Shown one piece after another: positions 34,580 to 47,422 of a stretch of DNA of 64,000 nucleotides; positions within the stretch are counted from its first letter, which is position 1, and each line of letters begins with the position of its first letter. The DNA is taken from assembly GCA_965113315.1 (NCBI GenBank), contig OZ220372.1; one strand, 5' to 3'. The DNA is from Podarcis vaucheri. Its lineage: Eukaryota. A program made the position numbers and the translations under genes. A model generated the notes under the pieces. The model searched no databases and was not told the DNA's origin. It saw nothing but the letters and a program-made list of their open reading frames with translations.

Positions 34580-35290
34580 CAGAACCCGAAAGTCCGGAGC
34601 TAGAAGCAAAGTGCGGCGCTGGAACGGCGGAAGGAAAGAAAAGCGACTCTGTCTCTTTAAAGCGACCGCCGTCGCTGCTGTTCGGGCGGAGCTTAGAATC
34701 TATCTGTGGAAGGCGGGGGGATGGGGACGTCACTGTCCCTGAGGCCACTGGTTACGTCACCGCCTCGCGGCTCCTCCTCCTCCTGCCTCTCTGGCAGGAG
34801 CGCGCGCTGGAGAGAGAGAGAGACGGGCAGCCAGCTAGCCCGCGAGCTTCGCGCCTGCGCGGAACTGTTCGCCTGCCCAGTCTCTCCCTTCAGCTGCTCT
34901 CTGCCCCCCCCCCCGTCCCGCCTCCGTCTGTTTGGGGCCGCAGCAGCAGCAATAAGCCCGAGTCCGGGGCTGAGAAGCGGCCCCGCCACGCCAGGTGTTC
35001 GCGACGGAGCGGCTGCGCGGCCATGGTGCTCCTGAGGGCCTCTCGTCCTGCCCGGTCCCCCGAGTGACGGAACTGCCCCTGCCGCCGGAGGAGGAGGAGG
35101 AGGAAGAAACGGAGCCGGGAGCACGACAACCCCGCCAGCGCCAGTCGGTGAGAGGAGAGGGCGGCTGCTGCCGGGAACAGCGCCTCAGGGCACAAGTGGC
35201 GCGGCGAAGGGAGCCACGGGGCACTTGGGGTGGCCCTCGAAGCAAGAAAGGGGTGTGAAGGCGTGTGGTGGCCCTTCGCCCTTTCCCGCA
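34580..35290. promoter_or_regulatory. TMEM184B: CpG-island promoter of TMEM184B
   Basis: High GC/CpG density against an AT-rich background; GC box 34684-34691, CRE/ATF-like GACGTCAC 34726-34733 and TTACGTCA 34752-34759, NRF1-like GCGCCTGCGC 34851-34860. Confidence 0.85.
34860..35147 (+). other. TMEM184B: Putative non-coding exon 1 of TMEM184B (start approximate)
   Basis: Lies within the CpG island and ends at donor cg|GTGAGA (35148); exon 2 has a strong acceptor upstream of its ATG, so an upstream exon is required. Confidence 0.6.
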
Positions 35291-35473
35291 GGCCAGGTGG
35301 CACCTCAGCGCCTTTTGGGTCCTGGTGGCATGGCCTAGAGATGGTGGCCCCCTGGGATGTGGCTTCCAAGGGGTGGCATCTGCCATGCCGTCCTTTCTGC
35401 CACCATATATGACATCAGGTCCTTGGGTGGGGTGCAGAGTGTGATGGTGGGGGTGTTTTGTTTCTGTAATTTG

Positions 35474-35715
35474 CAGTGGTACCTTGGGTTAAGTACTTAA
35501 TTCGTTCTGGAGGTCTGTTCTTATCCTGAAACTGTTCTTAACCTGAAGCACCACTTTAGCTAATGGGGCCTCCTGCTGCCGCTGTGCCGTCGGAGCACAA
35601 TTTCTGTTCTCATCCTGAAGCAAAGTTCTTAACCCGAGGTACTATTTCTGGGTTAGCGGAGTCTGTAACCTGAAGCATATGTAACCTGAAGCGTATGTAA
35701 CCCGAGATACCACTG
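35474..35715. mobile_element. Second copy of the same Tc1/mariner-type MITE
   Basis: Colinear similarity to 1713-1957; CAGTGGTACC...GATACCACTG followed by TA. Confidence 0.85.
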
Positions 35716-38700
35716 TACATAAGTTTACGGATCATCTTTTTTCTACTTGGACGTAGGCAAGGTGACTTGAGCGCATAACATAGTGGTAGTCCTAGGTGCC
35801 GCCGTCGTGCCACAGGGTGCTTAAATAACACGGCATTGTGCAGAAATGGGTAAGTTGTGGGAGATGTGGCACATTTGATGCCGGTCAGTGTCCTAGGGAT
35901 GCTGCTAAGATGTTGAACGTGACAAGTGTGCTGTAGAAACCCAACTCATCCTGCCACATCTGGCACTGAAAATGGGAAGAACTATAGGGAACACAGTAAT
36001 GCTTTGCTGAATAGCAGAAACACATAGCACAGTTTGTGCTTAGTTTGCGTGTGGTGCATGTCATCTTGAGTGGCATGATGTGGGCCTTACGGTGCTTTGA
36101 CACTGAATATGGCACTAGGTACAGTGCTGTAATATGGTGTGAGCTTAGTAGCTTTAGGAGGAGAAGTGTAGTGTTAAAGTGTGCCTGCTGAGTAGCATAT
36201 CAGTTAAAATCCAGCATTTACTATAAGCATTAAAACTAGATGATATTGGCCAAAGGTTTTATGAGTTTACAAAGCAGGTTTGAGGCCCTAAGCTATTTGT
36301 GTGGTTGGACGTCTTTGTATAATTATTAGATACTTATTAGATAAATTTCACCTTATGTTCCATCAACTTGTGTTCAGCATTAAATCACTTTCCTTTTTGC
36401 TTGTCTATCAGCATTTCTTATTGCTGAAATTTATGTGCAGATAGTAGTAGGAGGCAATTTCAAACAGTCATCTATGTTTAATTGTAATTTACATCACACT
36501 CTAAAAGACTGATATGCATTTCCCCCCCCAATGAGAAGTTAACTCCAAGAGCCAGGTAACACTTCACTTTTGAAATTTGCTACTTTGCCTAAACATACAT
36601 CTGGTGTTATCAGTTGTGAATTGTACAAACACATATGCATGACTATATTTTCCTGTAATTATTGGCATCCAGGAAAGGATTCCTTCTTTGCTATGTGTAA
36701 GAATCTGCCTCCTTAAATAAAGTATGCACCATTTATAGATAATGATTCCATGTGTAATTATGACCAAATTCTAAAAGTTGTGTGAATTGGTAGTACAGTA
36801 TGTATTTTGCACAAGGTTCATAGCTTGTTTTTTTATGAGAGGGCAGAAATAATTATTTTATATCTTCAAATGATGGGGTTGGCAGTTCCACCTTGAAATG
36901 CTATGGGATGTTTTGTAGTTCTGTAGTATTAAAAACATGGCATCGTTACTGTGGAGTTCTCTAGTATACAAAACACACGAAGGAAGACTGTAATATTTGT
37001 AGCCTCCCTGTAGACTGAATAGGTGAAGTGTACTAAACTTATATTCTATAATTTTTACATGCAGTGTGTGACATTTTCATGCTTAATGTAGTTCAGCATC
37101 TTCAGTTATTTGAAGAGTAATTTCTCAGTGAGACTGGAACGGAATGGAAATTAATCCATTCAAAGGAGTGAATTGCTATGTATTATTTAGTTATAAATCG
37201 TCTGATACCTAAATCCTAGGAGCAAACCTTAATTGTCAGTTGCAGTAACTCCTTGAAATTGCTGCCTACTATCACATAGGATGTTGAGGAAAAGGTTTGA
37301 AGGACAATAATGAGTTATTATATAGAGCCTAAGATGTGAAGGCAGGGGCTTGATTTTCCCTGACCCATCCATGCCTACATATGTTGTTTTTCCTCCTCTG
37401 TCACTATAGGACCACATCATCTTTTCAGCACTCCTTGAGCTGTAGCTTGGTAATAGAAGAGTAGATTCCTGCCAAGATAATTAATCCTGCCAAACCCCCT
37501 TGGGTGTCTTTAAAGAAACTGATCTATAAGCAGTCGCGGTAGTAAAATGGAATACATAAAGCTTTTAGCTACAATAGCTCTTAAAATATGATATTGAAAA
37601 TAATATCTAGGAAAGCATTTCCAGTATGAGTTACAAATTGGGGAGGGAGAGGGATCCTTCCAGCGACAGGAAGTCACTTTGTCAAGATTAGTCTGTTTTA
37701 ATGTGTGATTCTTGACTGCTAGTACTTGTGATCTGGCTCAACTCAGAGGATGTGCTCCTCTCCTCCATTTACTAATATATTTTTTTTTGCATGAGCGTTC
37801 ACTGCAGAGTGTTCATAGAGCATTGGCTTTGTTTTTCAGTGCAAACCGTGACTGGGAAGGCACAGATCACCTTGTGCCCAGGGAGTAGCACATCAACACT
37901 TGAGTCTGTAATGCAGCGTGGTGATCATTTTAACAACCCCAGAGGGATGCAATTTACAGGAAGCAAAGAGGGGAGGGGAGAATTAGCGAACGCATTTCAC
38001 CTGCTGCACAGTACGCTCTTTAAAATGTAACAACCGTAATTGGAATGAGCACCCCTTTAGCCTTGTGGTACAGTATAGCAAACCGTTCAGGAATGGTTGT
38101 CATATTAGTGAAAGCTACTGCACATGGGATGCGGAAATGGCTTATGCTTTTGCACCATAATGTGTATGTGGAATGCCCTAAGCTGCTGTATCATGCAGCA
38201 GTTCCATATGTTCTCTCTCTTGCAAGTGAGTTGTTTCCATGGCTTCTCCAGTTTTTGCTGCATCTGCCTTATCTATCAACAGTGCTCATTGGTCAAACTA
38301 GGACTAATGTTGTTGCCACCCATCCACACTAGAGCATAAGCCTATAGGCTTTTAGAAGACAATGTAAGCCATTGTGTGATCCCTTTGAGACAGACATTTA
38401 ATGTTTTATTACGGACATGATTTATCTCTAGCTGACCAATGCAATCAACTCCCTTATCTTGTGTAGCCTTTTTGTGTGTGGTAACTTTATATTAAATATT
38501 TATTGTAAGGTTTTTAGAGATATCTGTGCTTGTGAAGTATTTATTGGTATATTGAAGTTGTAGAAACTTAAAGATCATTGGATTGTTCATTCTCAAACTA
38601 TGCACCTCAGAAGCACACTTACATAAGACCTCATATACCTATAGCCTAGTGACACAAGCACTATTCAGATTGTTGTTGTTGTTTTGCATACTATTAACAC

Positions 38701-41168
38701 TAGACAATCTACATATGCATAATAGAAAGGATAGATACTGGTCCCAAAGGGCTTAAGGTCTAAAAATAAACAAAAGCTTGACAACAGAAGAAGGACTAAA
38801 AAAAATTTAATGTTGCTCTTTCAGTTGCAAGTACTTTTGGAGGGGGGTGTATCTTTGCAGAGAGGTAGGACATAATTAATGTATCTTTACCCATTGGAGA
38901 ATTAGAGAGCCACACTCCTGTCTCTGTGCTCCAGTTAAACACTGAAATGCATGTTCATAACTAAAAATGTGATTGAATGGCTTATCATTGATGTGTGATT
39001 CCCCACCTCCCATTAATATGTTAAAGGATTCCGTGTTTGCTGCCACAGCTAACAGAGCAATCCCTGTGCACCTATGTAGTTGAAAGCTGGTGAAGTCACT
39101 GGTTCAAATCTCAGCTCAGCCACAGATGCATTAGATGGCTTTCTGGTGGGTTGTCTCAAAAACAAAATGGGCAGTACTCTGAATGAATAGGATACAAGTG
39201 AAGCTTTATCTACTTTCCTAGTACATTAGTGTATGAAAATAATTTTTCACTTGCAACTTTCCATTGCCATTTCAAATAAATCCCTTTTAAACTCAGCTCT
39301 CACCTCTGTCTTTTCAAAACTTCAACGTTCAAGAAATGCTACTTCAGGGCGATACGTGCCTCCCTTTCCCTGAAGAGCTGCATGGCAAGCAGCAGTGAGA
39401 TCATGGGTATGAGGCACATAGTGTGCATAGACTAATTCTGGTACCGATTCTGGGAAGGTGACCCATCCTAGAACTGCAGTGTTTGATCCTATTTTTCAAA
39501 GGAAGAGTGGTATGCTGGAAACAGCCTCCTCCCTTTCCTCTTGTTTCCTGTCTCATTCCAAAAAAAGAGTCTTGCTGTGGTATGCTGACCTATTATAATG
39601 TGGGTCAGTCCACACACACGCATACACACACACACAAAAGATGGAGAAGGAAACTGAAGAAATTAATAGAGCAGAAAAACTCTTTTGGAGAAAGATAGTT
39701 GTTCATAGTAAAAGGGTTTCATTGTTGATCTGCACATCTGATTTAGGGTGGATGATGGGTGTTTGCAAGTGAATTGGTTGACCTGGTATAGGACAATATT
39801 TAAGAACAAGGCAAAGGAAGGAATAGACTAAAGGTGCAGCTACAGGGATGAGAAGAAGGGGCTGTTTTCTGTGAAAGTAAGGTAAGGAGAGTTGCACTTT
39901 CCCATTCTAGAATAAACCGAGAAACTTAAAATCTGGAAATAAATGTTGTCTCCGATCTAAATTTTACAGAACTTTTCAATATATATTTAATTAAAATGTT
40001 GTAACTGTTTAGAACTTATCATTTACTAAAAAAAGTTATTCATAGTCATTTGTTTTTACCATTTACAGTGGAGAACTTTTGGTTTTGATAAAAAGAAAGA
40101 CAGCTTGAGTGGCGTTTTCTGTCTTTTGTTTCACTGAGCATACAGCCAGCTGTTTGGATAAAAAATGATGAATAGGCAAAACTCTCATGAGGATTTGGGC
40201 TATTCAGTCTCCCACAGTACAACTACAAAAGCTGTGTTTGGATGATGCTTTGTTGTACTGATAGCTTAATTATATCACTAATAAGCAGCCTTCTTCAGTG
40301 TGGGTGAACAAAATTCTTATATGCGTACCAGAAGCAAAAGTAAACTAGCATGGAATGAGATCCCAAAATATATGGGGCAGGTAAAGAGTACCTGCTGATG
40401 TTCTAGTTCAGGGACCTTACTCCTCTCTCTTTCCCGAGACTTCACTTTGCTTTTACCTAAAGAGGCAGTAACACATTAACCACCAGTGAACGCAATTAAC
40501 AGAATTTTAAGGTAAACTTGGATTCCCTTCACATTGACACAGCAGCTCATTATACTGAGCATTCTTTTGTTCAGTAACCAAAGTAAGTACAGCCTTGCCA
40601 TCTGCTTGGCTATTGGACTTCTGTTCCATGTGCCATGATGTCATGACATATGACACAACAGCCCTTGAGGCAGTATATCATTCTACAACATTGTGTCAGA
40701 TGCAGGACCTATCATTAGTCCCAACTTAAACATGAAGCTCCTGTATATTACTTTATATGTTTGGCTTTCCTTCTCCCCCACTTCTCAGAATAAAGAAAGA
40801 GATGCAGTGATGATGTTGCTTTTCAGACCCATCTTAAGGCAGGACATGAGTGACATAGAATTATAGAAAGCAACTTGGAATCATAGATTCCCTGCAATGC
40901 AGGAATCTTTTTGCCTAACATGGGGCTTGAATGCACATGAGGCTTCTCTTAAGGAGAGCTTCCCTTAGTGCACTTCAGCACTGTACTAAAGGAGAGCTTC
41001 GCCCAAGGCACTTCAGCAAGGCATTTTAGCATTTCGGCACTGTACCAAAGTTGAGGAAGAGGTGACACTAGCAGCAGGGGGCTTGTGCAACTACTGCTTT
41101 TTGTGTTGTCTTCTTCTTCTTCTTAAAAAAGGTAAATGACCCTGTAATGACCCTGGTATGGACTAGCA

Positions 41169-41468
41169 CAGAGGTCTGCAACCTTTAAGACAAAAAGAGC
41201 CACTTGGACCCGTTTCCGAAGAAAAAAAGAACTGGGAGCCGCAAAACCATTGAGATCTGACAGCGGGCGGGAAGGTGACGTCGGGACGGTGCGTGACTAA
41301 CGCACGCACCACCCCCATGCGACGTCACAGCCAGTACTGCGCCTGCCACAGTGGGGAGTGTCGGGGCACACAATTCGCCTCCTCCCCTCGCTAGTATCCG
41401 CCCCGGAGCCGCGGCAAAGGTGTAAAAGAGCCACATGCGGCTCCGGAGCCCCAGGTTGCCGACCCCTG
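41169..41468. mobile_element. 300-bp hAT (Charlie-like) non-autonomous element, probably young
   Basis: TIR CAGAGGTCTGCAACCT/AGGTTGCCGACCCCTG; perfect TSD GACTAGCA; AAGAGCCA subterminal motifs; CpGs retained. Confidence 0.9.
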
Positions 41469-43753
41469 GACTAGCAGATGGATATAAAGCTGCTATTATT
41501 ATTATTATTAACACAGTTATATTAAGACTCCTTTAAAAATGTAATTTGGCTTTAAATGAAATTCACATTTAATAAAAAACCAAAAGAAAGTCTACAACTT
41601 CTAATCTCTTGAAGCTATGAATGTCACTCAAACATGGAACCTGTGCCATGATTCTTTTTCATTCTGACCTTGGTCTTCAAAAGTGATTTGCTTAGTGCCC
41701 TCTCTGCCTACAGAGAGCACTGCTCAGAAAGTGGGAACCAGCACCTTGACTTGCCTCCAGAAGTATATAGATGGAGCAGCTGCTGGAAAATATTGTGTCT
41801 ATTTCCATTCAGCACTTGATTGATAGAGCAAATGAGGCCTTTGGTCTCATTTGACACTTTGACACTTCAGCATTTCAGTTATAAATTTGTCACCTATATG
41901 ATAACTCTAAATATTGAAGTGTCCAAATTCAGTACACAAGTTCAGGGCACAATCCTACATTTTAAAAGCCAACTCAGTCCACACATGTATTTTTAAAGTG
42001 GGGGGAGGTGCAAAACAAATTGTAATGTCTCCTTTGAAGACTGAGAGATCAGAATGAAAGTTGGTGCACGCATTTAAAACACAATTATGCCATTCATATT
42101 CAAACTCAAGATTTGCCCCTGCGCCAGTTTTCAATACTTGCAAAGAATATTAAGTTATTCCAGTCCATTTAGATATGCATGAATTAATGGTGTTAAGATA
42201 ACAGTTTCAGAATGGTGAGTAGCAGCAGTGTATTGAATAAAAAAGGCATCCTTAGCCACAACAACAACCTTTAGACCTCTAGTCTGTGAGCCTAATTAGG
42301 CCCACCAGACCTTCCCATTTGGACTGTGAGGCTCATTTTGGCCAAGCCTCACCCACCTGCCCGAAACCTGATGCCATATGTGGTGTCAGTTGAAGTGCAG
42401 GTAAAGGCAGAGCTTTGACAAAAGGTGTTCTGGATGGAGGTGCTTGGAAAGCCCCTTGCATAGTGTTTCCTAAACACTGGCTTTTGCTCAGTACTTCCCA
42501 AGTATTTACAATCAGCTGATTGTTGCCCACACAGTTTAATTTCAAACCATGCAGGCAAAAATGAAACACCTGACATCACTGTGACCTGCAGAGGTGCACA
42601 GAGATGCAGCCTGCTGGTTGGAAACAGTTCCCCACTCTTATGTTAGTAGAGCGACAATTCCTTGAAGAGGTAGACCCTCATCCTCGGATAGGTCACAAAC
42701 CTGAAATATATGGTGACCTGTTTATTTATTTCATAAAATTTATACACTGCTTGATTGTAAACACACACACAAAACTCAAAGCAGTTTACGTGTTGCTATG
42801 TAGAGATTGTTGGTATATCTCTGGTAGAATTAAAGCGTGTGCTTTTTTAAAAAATGATTCAAAGCAAGGGGAGGAAAATATTATTGGAAAACATACCACA
42901 CATTCTAAAATTTTTGGGGATGAATGATATGCTTGACTGCTTTATTAGTCAGATGCATTCTTCACTGGTTGCATGCACTAGGGGGCAGTGTATGTTTCAT
43001 GTGTTGTTTCTTTGCATTTTGAATGCCTGTCTAGACACCTGCCATTTGAAAATGCATTTTCTCTTACATTTCTTAGGGTTTTTTTTGGTGGGGCTGGGGC
43101 TGGGCCTGGTGGGGGCGAGGGGGAGTGATTTGTCCACTGGTGCAGTTAGGTAATTTTACACTCTGGTTTTCATGTGTAATCTTTTGTTTATTTAAAAATG
43201 TGTTAAGCCAGCCATGCTATGTTTGGAGGTGTTCCCGCTCATTCTCTTCAGTTGGGCCCTGGACTATTGCCTGAATATTGTTTTCTGATGGCACCATTGG
43301 GTTTGTTTTGCTTTCTTCTAAAATCTTGGCTTGCACTTAGAATAGGGTATGTAGATTTATAGGTTCTGTAATCTGTTTAAATAATAACACATTACTGTAT
43401 ATGAAGCACTGAGAACTCTCTATCTCAGTAATCTTTGCCACAATCCTTGCAAATGTTATCATATCCATATTGCAAACAGAGTTGAAACTCAAAGATACTG
43501 GTTTGCCTAATAATTAAGCTAAGTTTCAAAATCACATTAAGGCAAGGATTTTATTAGGACAACCTAAACAGCATAAAAAGTGTACATGCTTTTGAGTCCT
43601 CCAGAACTTTTCAGAAGAAAGGTTTGACTTCAGAGCTGTGTCTCTTCAGCTGTTTCCTATCCATGTTTCAAAAGTCTTGATTTTTTCAAATAGGATTACT
43701 GCCAAGTAAGTAATCCTATTTGAAAAAATCAGGACTGCCAAGTTAGTAGGCAT

Positions 43754-44102
43754 GGGACGTGGGTGGCGCTGTGGGTTAAACCACAGAGCCTAGGGCTTGC
43801 CTAACAGAAGGTTGGCGGTTCGAATCCCGCGACGGGGTGAGCTTCTGTTGCTCGGTCCCTGCTCCTACCAACCTAGCAGTTCAAAAGCACGAAGTGCAAG
43901 TAGATAAATAGATACCGCCCCGGTGGGAAGGTAAAGGGCGTTTCCATGAGCTGCTCTGGTTCGCCAGAAGTGGCTGAGTCCTGCTGGCCACATGACCCGG
44001 AAGCTGTACACCGGCTCCCTCGGCCAATAAAGCGAGATGAGCGTCGCAACCCCAGAGTCGTCCACGACTGGACCTAATAGTCAGGGGTCCCTTTACCTTT
44101 AC
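43754..44102 (+). mobile_element. Sauria SINE, full length
   Basis: GGGACGTGGGTGGCGCT head, B-box GGTTCGAATCC, CCTTTACCTTTA tail, 9-bp TSD AGTAGGCAT (43745-43753, 44105-44113). Confidence 0.92.
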
Positions 44103-44666
44103 TAAGTAGGCATAGGATTTCATCCTTTAACTACCACTTTAGCACTAAGAATGGAAAGTCCGGTTCTTTCTTTTGGGCTTCTTGATAGAAAGGCTGTATT
44201 AATTATAAGAAGGTTTTTAGTAAAGCGTCTGTTATAAATTGCAGACAAATCTCCTGCTTTGGTATTTATATCTAGCAGTCGTGAAGTGATCATAAAGGGG
44301 AGTGTTTGTGTAGACTAGGGTTGGTGTGTTGTTTTTTAAACTATCCTCGTTTATTGTAGGCATTGCTGTGATTTACAGTATCTCTTTTTACATTGTAATA
44401 GGATTGGATATCCTTCTCTCCTCAGCCTCACAGATACCTGATAATTTCTTTCACCTTTTCATTCAAGCTTAATTGGCTAGGCATACATCTGTGGTAAATC
44501 CTTCCTACATGTGTATTTCATAAGCTTAGCAAAAACCTCTTTCTTGTGCCCTGTGGTGTGTAGAATGTTGTCAGACGGAAACCAATTTCCTCCAGACTCA
44601 GCAGCAAAGGCATCTCAAACTCCACCCTGTTTTCAGTTTCCTGAGTGTCATCTTTTTCTATAAAAC

Positions 44667-44734
44667 TCCTTCCTTCCTTCCTTCCTTCCTTCCTTCCTTC
44701 CTTCCTTCCTTCCTTCCTTCCTTCCTTCCTTCCT
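44667..44734. repeat. (TCCT)17 microsatellite
   Basis: Direct reading. Confidence 0.95.
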
Positions 44735-44964
44735 CTGCTTCATGCACATCTGGGTTTTTTTCTCTTTCTAAGTGCAGTCTTCATATTATATTTAGCATTT
44801 CCACAGATCTCCCCTCAAACCCCACTTCTCATGCGAATGCAGACCTTTTGAGTTTGCTTTCGACTGCAATAATCCCTGACCATTGGCCATGTGGCTGAGG
44901 TTTCTGGGAGTTGTGAGTCCAACAACATCTGGAGGGCACCAAGTCTGGTAACAGTGGTCTATAC

Positions 44965-45859
44965 CAGTGGTTCCCAATTAGCTAATTACTGAGGGCCGCC
45001 TATTTTTCAAAAGCCAAGCCACAGACCCCCTACTTTTGAAAATTTTGATAACTCTATGGTAGTTACCTCTGCAGAGCAATTTTTTGAACAAAATGTGGGG
45101 TAGCCCCTAATAAGCTAAGGATTTTAGGTATATTAAAAAACAGACGAGGGCTGAGCAATATCTGGTTTTCAACATTGTGATATATCAGCAGCTAAACATC
45201 ACGATATTCCGATATATCATAACGTCTGAAATTGGAGATCAGGCGTGGGGATGAAGGAAGGAGCAGCAATAGAGGTCGGGTGGGTAGGGTGCCTGCAGAT
45301 GAAGGAAGAAGCAGTCACGGAGATTGGATGGGTGCAGGGAGGAGAGGAAGCAGAATCACCTCCACTGCATCGAGCCACTGCATCGAGCCAGCGAAGATGC
45401 ACATCCACTGTGGTTGCTGTTGCTTTCCTGCTGACTGAGAAAAGCTGCTTCACCTCAGTGCCAGGGGAAGGTAGTGCCACAGTGCCCTGAAGTGAGGGCC
45501 ATCAGCTGCCCTGTTCTCCATCAGTGTGAGGGGAAGGCAGCACCTTGCAATCTGCTGTCCTGTTTTCCCTCCTAAGTGAAGGCAGCTCAAATCAGCAGCA
45601 TATTGGCAGTGCCTTGAAATCAGTTGCCCTGCTCTCCCTTGCACAATAAGCAACATATTGCTGCATATTGCCAGGTCAAAATAGTTATCACAGTGGAATT
45701 TCAAAACTGATTTTGGCCAATATATTGAAAAATCACACGGTGCTAAAAGATTTGTGATATTACCCATGCAAAAATGACAAAAATTTAGTGGGGGGGGGCA
45801 AGGATTGGGGCCGCGGACCTCCTGGGTGTGTTCCGCGGACCCCTATTTGGGAACCACTG
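44965..45859. mobile_element. hAT non-autonomous element with a probable nested element at about 45146-45745
   Basis: TIR CAGTGGTTCCCAA/TTGGGAACCACTG; TSD GTCTATAC/GTCTATAT; the inner block has its own degenerate AGGGCTG..GATAT-type ends. Confidence 0.75.
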
Positions 45860-47176
45860 GTCTATATACTATTTCCTTGCTCTTTGTGCACTATGGGGGT
45901 TTGTCAGTCTCCATTCTTTTCAAAATAGCTTTGTGTTCCCTGCAGAATGTAAAGTATTTTTACCATTGGGTATTTTTATCATATATTCAGACTGGGTGGA
46001 TATTTCAGCAATGAGAATGATGTATTAAAACAAACTGAAGTAGGAATTGTTATGTAACTAGAATGGCGGCTGGCCCAGCTAGAACAATCAAAAGATCTGT
46101 GTTGAAAGGGGACTCTCCACGTGCTTACCTTATTTGCTCTTTTCTTGTAAGGCCAGAGGAAAACAAAATCACATGTTGATTCTTTTTATAGTCTACTGGT
46201 CTGGTTGTGATAAATGAAAAGACTTCATATAGAAATACTTGGTTCTCCAAAATTTTTCCTGCTGTGTGTATCACTTTCGTAATTCATGCATAGTTGTGCT
46301 TCATAATTTCAGTTTAACAACTTAGATAATTTACCTATTGGCTTTTCAGTTCATCCCCCCATTTCTTAGAGACAAGAGTACTTACTTATGATCTCATTTC
46401 CAGACTACTTGATCTTCTTCACTGCTGACACTTTGTCAGTTTTTGAATTTGTATAATGAGCGTAGCTAATGATAATGAACATTTAATCCATAAATGTTTG
46501 GATTTTTTCTGCTCAGTTGTACTTCTGATTCTGTCAGAACAGTCAAGAGTCAGACGGAAGGTTTTAAGTCAGTACCAGGCTAGCACATCTATATATTGGT
46601 TGGGCACACATATACCATGTAAAGCCAATACATTTCTATCAAGTATTGGTGCTTTTCACTACCTTCTGTTCTGTATGAAGTTTTTGCTTCATGGGGTGGA
46701 CTTGAGAGAAGAGATCACTAGATGCACAAACAGCCAGCTTCTTCCTGCGGTCTTAAAACAGTCACCTTAAAATGTTGTGCCCCATGTTTTTGAAAAAACT
46801 TATTGCAACTCTTTGTATAACCACTTAAGAAAGGAATAAAATTGAATGTGTTAATAGAGTATCAAAAATGCACGATTGTTTTAGGCAGTGTTCCAGAATT
46901 CTCTGCAATTTAAATTTAGAACTGCTTTTCACATGTCTGACCTTCTTTCTGACTGTTCAGTGACTAAAGAGTAGCTATGTTTGATACCATAGGAACATGA
47001 TCGATTTCTCCCAAATTATTCCTGTTTACCTTTGCTACTGAAGGCCTCTACACTTGACAGAAATGTTTAGCAAAACTCTGGGATACCTGTGAGGTGTTCT
47101 GGCTATGATAGGTTGTTTCTGCTATTTTGAAACTTTTCTGTCTCTCTCTCTCTATAAAATTCCTCTTTAGATCTGA

Positions 47177-47422
<246 letters not shown>

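Noticed and set aside
34515-35412. Many overlapping ORFs of up to 183 aa
   Set aside because: Expected from stop-poor GC-rich CpG-island sequence; low-complexity translations on both strands.
40950-41050. Short imperfect direct repeats resembling an array
   Set aside because: Local slippage duplications with no constant repeat-spacer period; not CRISPR-like, and the DNA is eukaryotic.
44645-44851. ORF with an LPSF repeat
   Set aside because: Translation of the (TCCT)n microsatellite.
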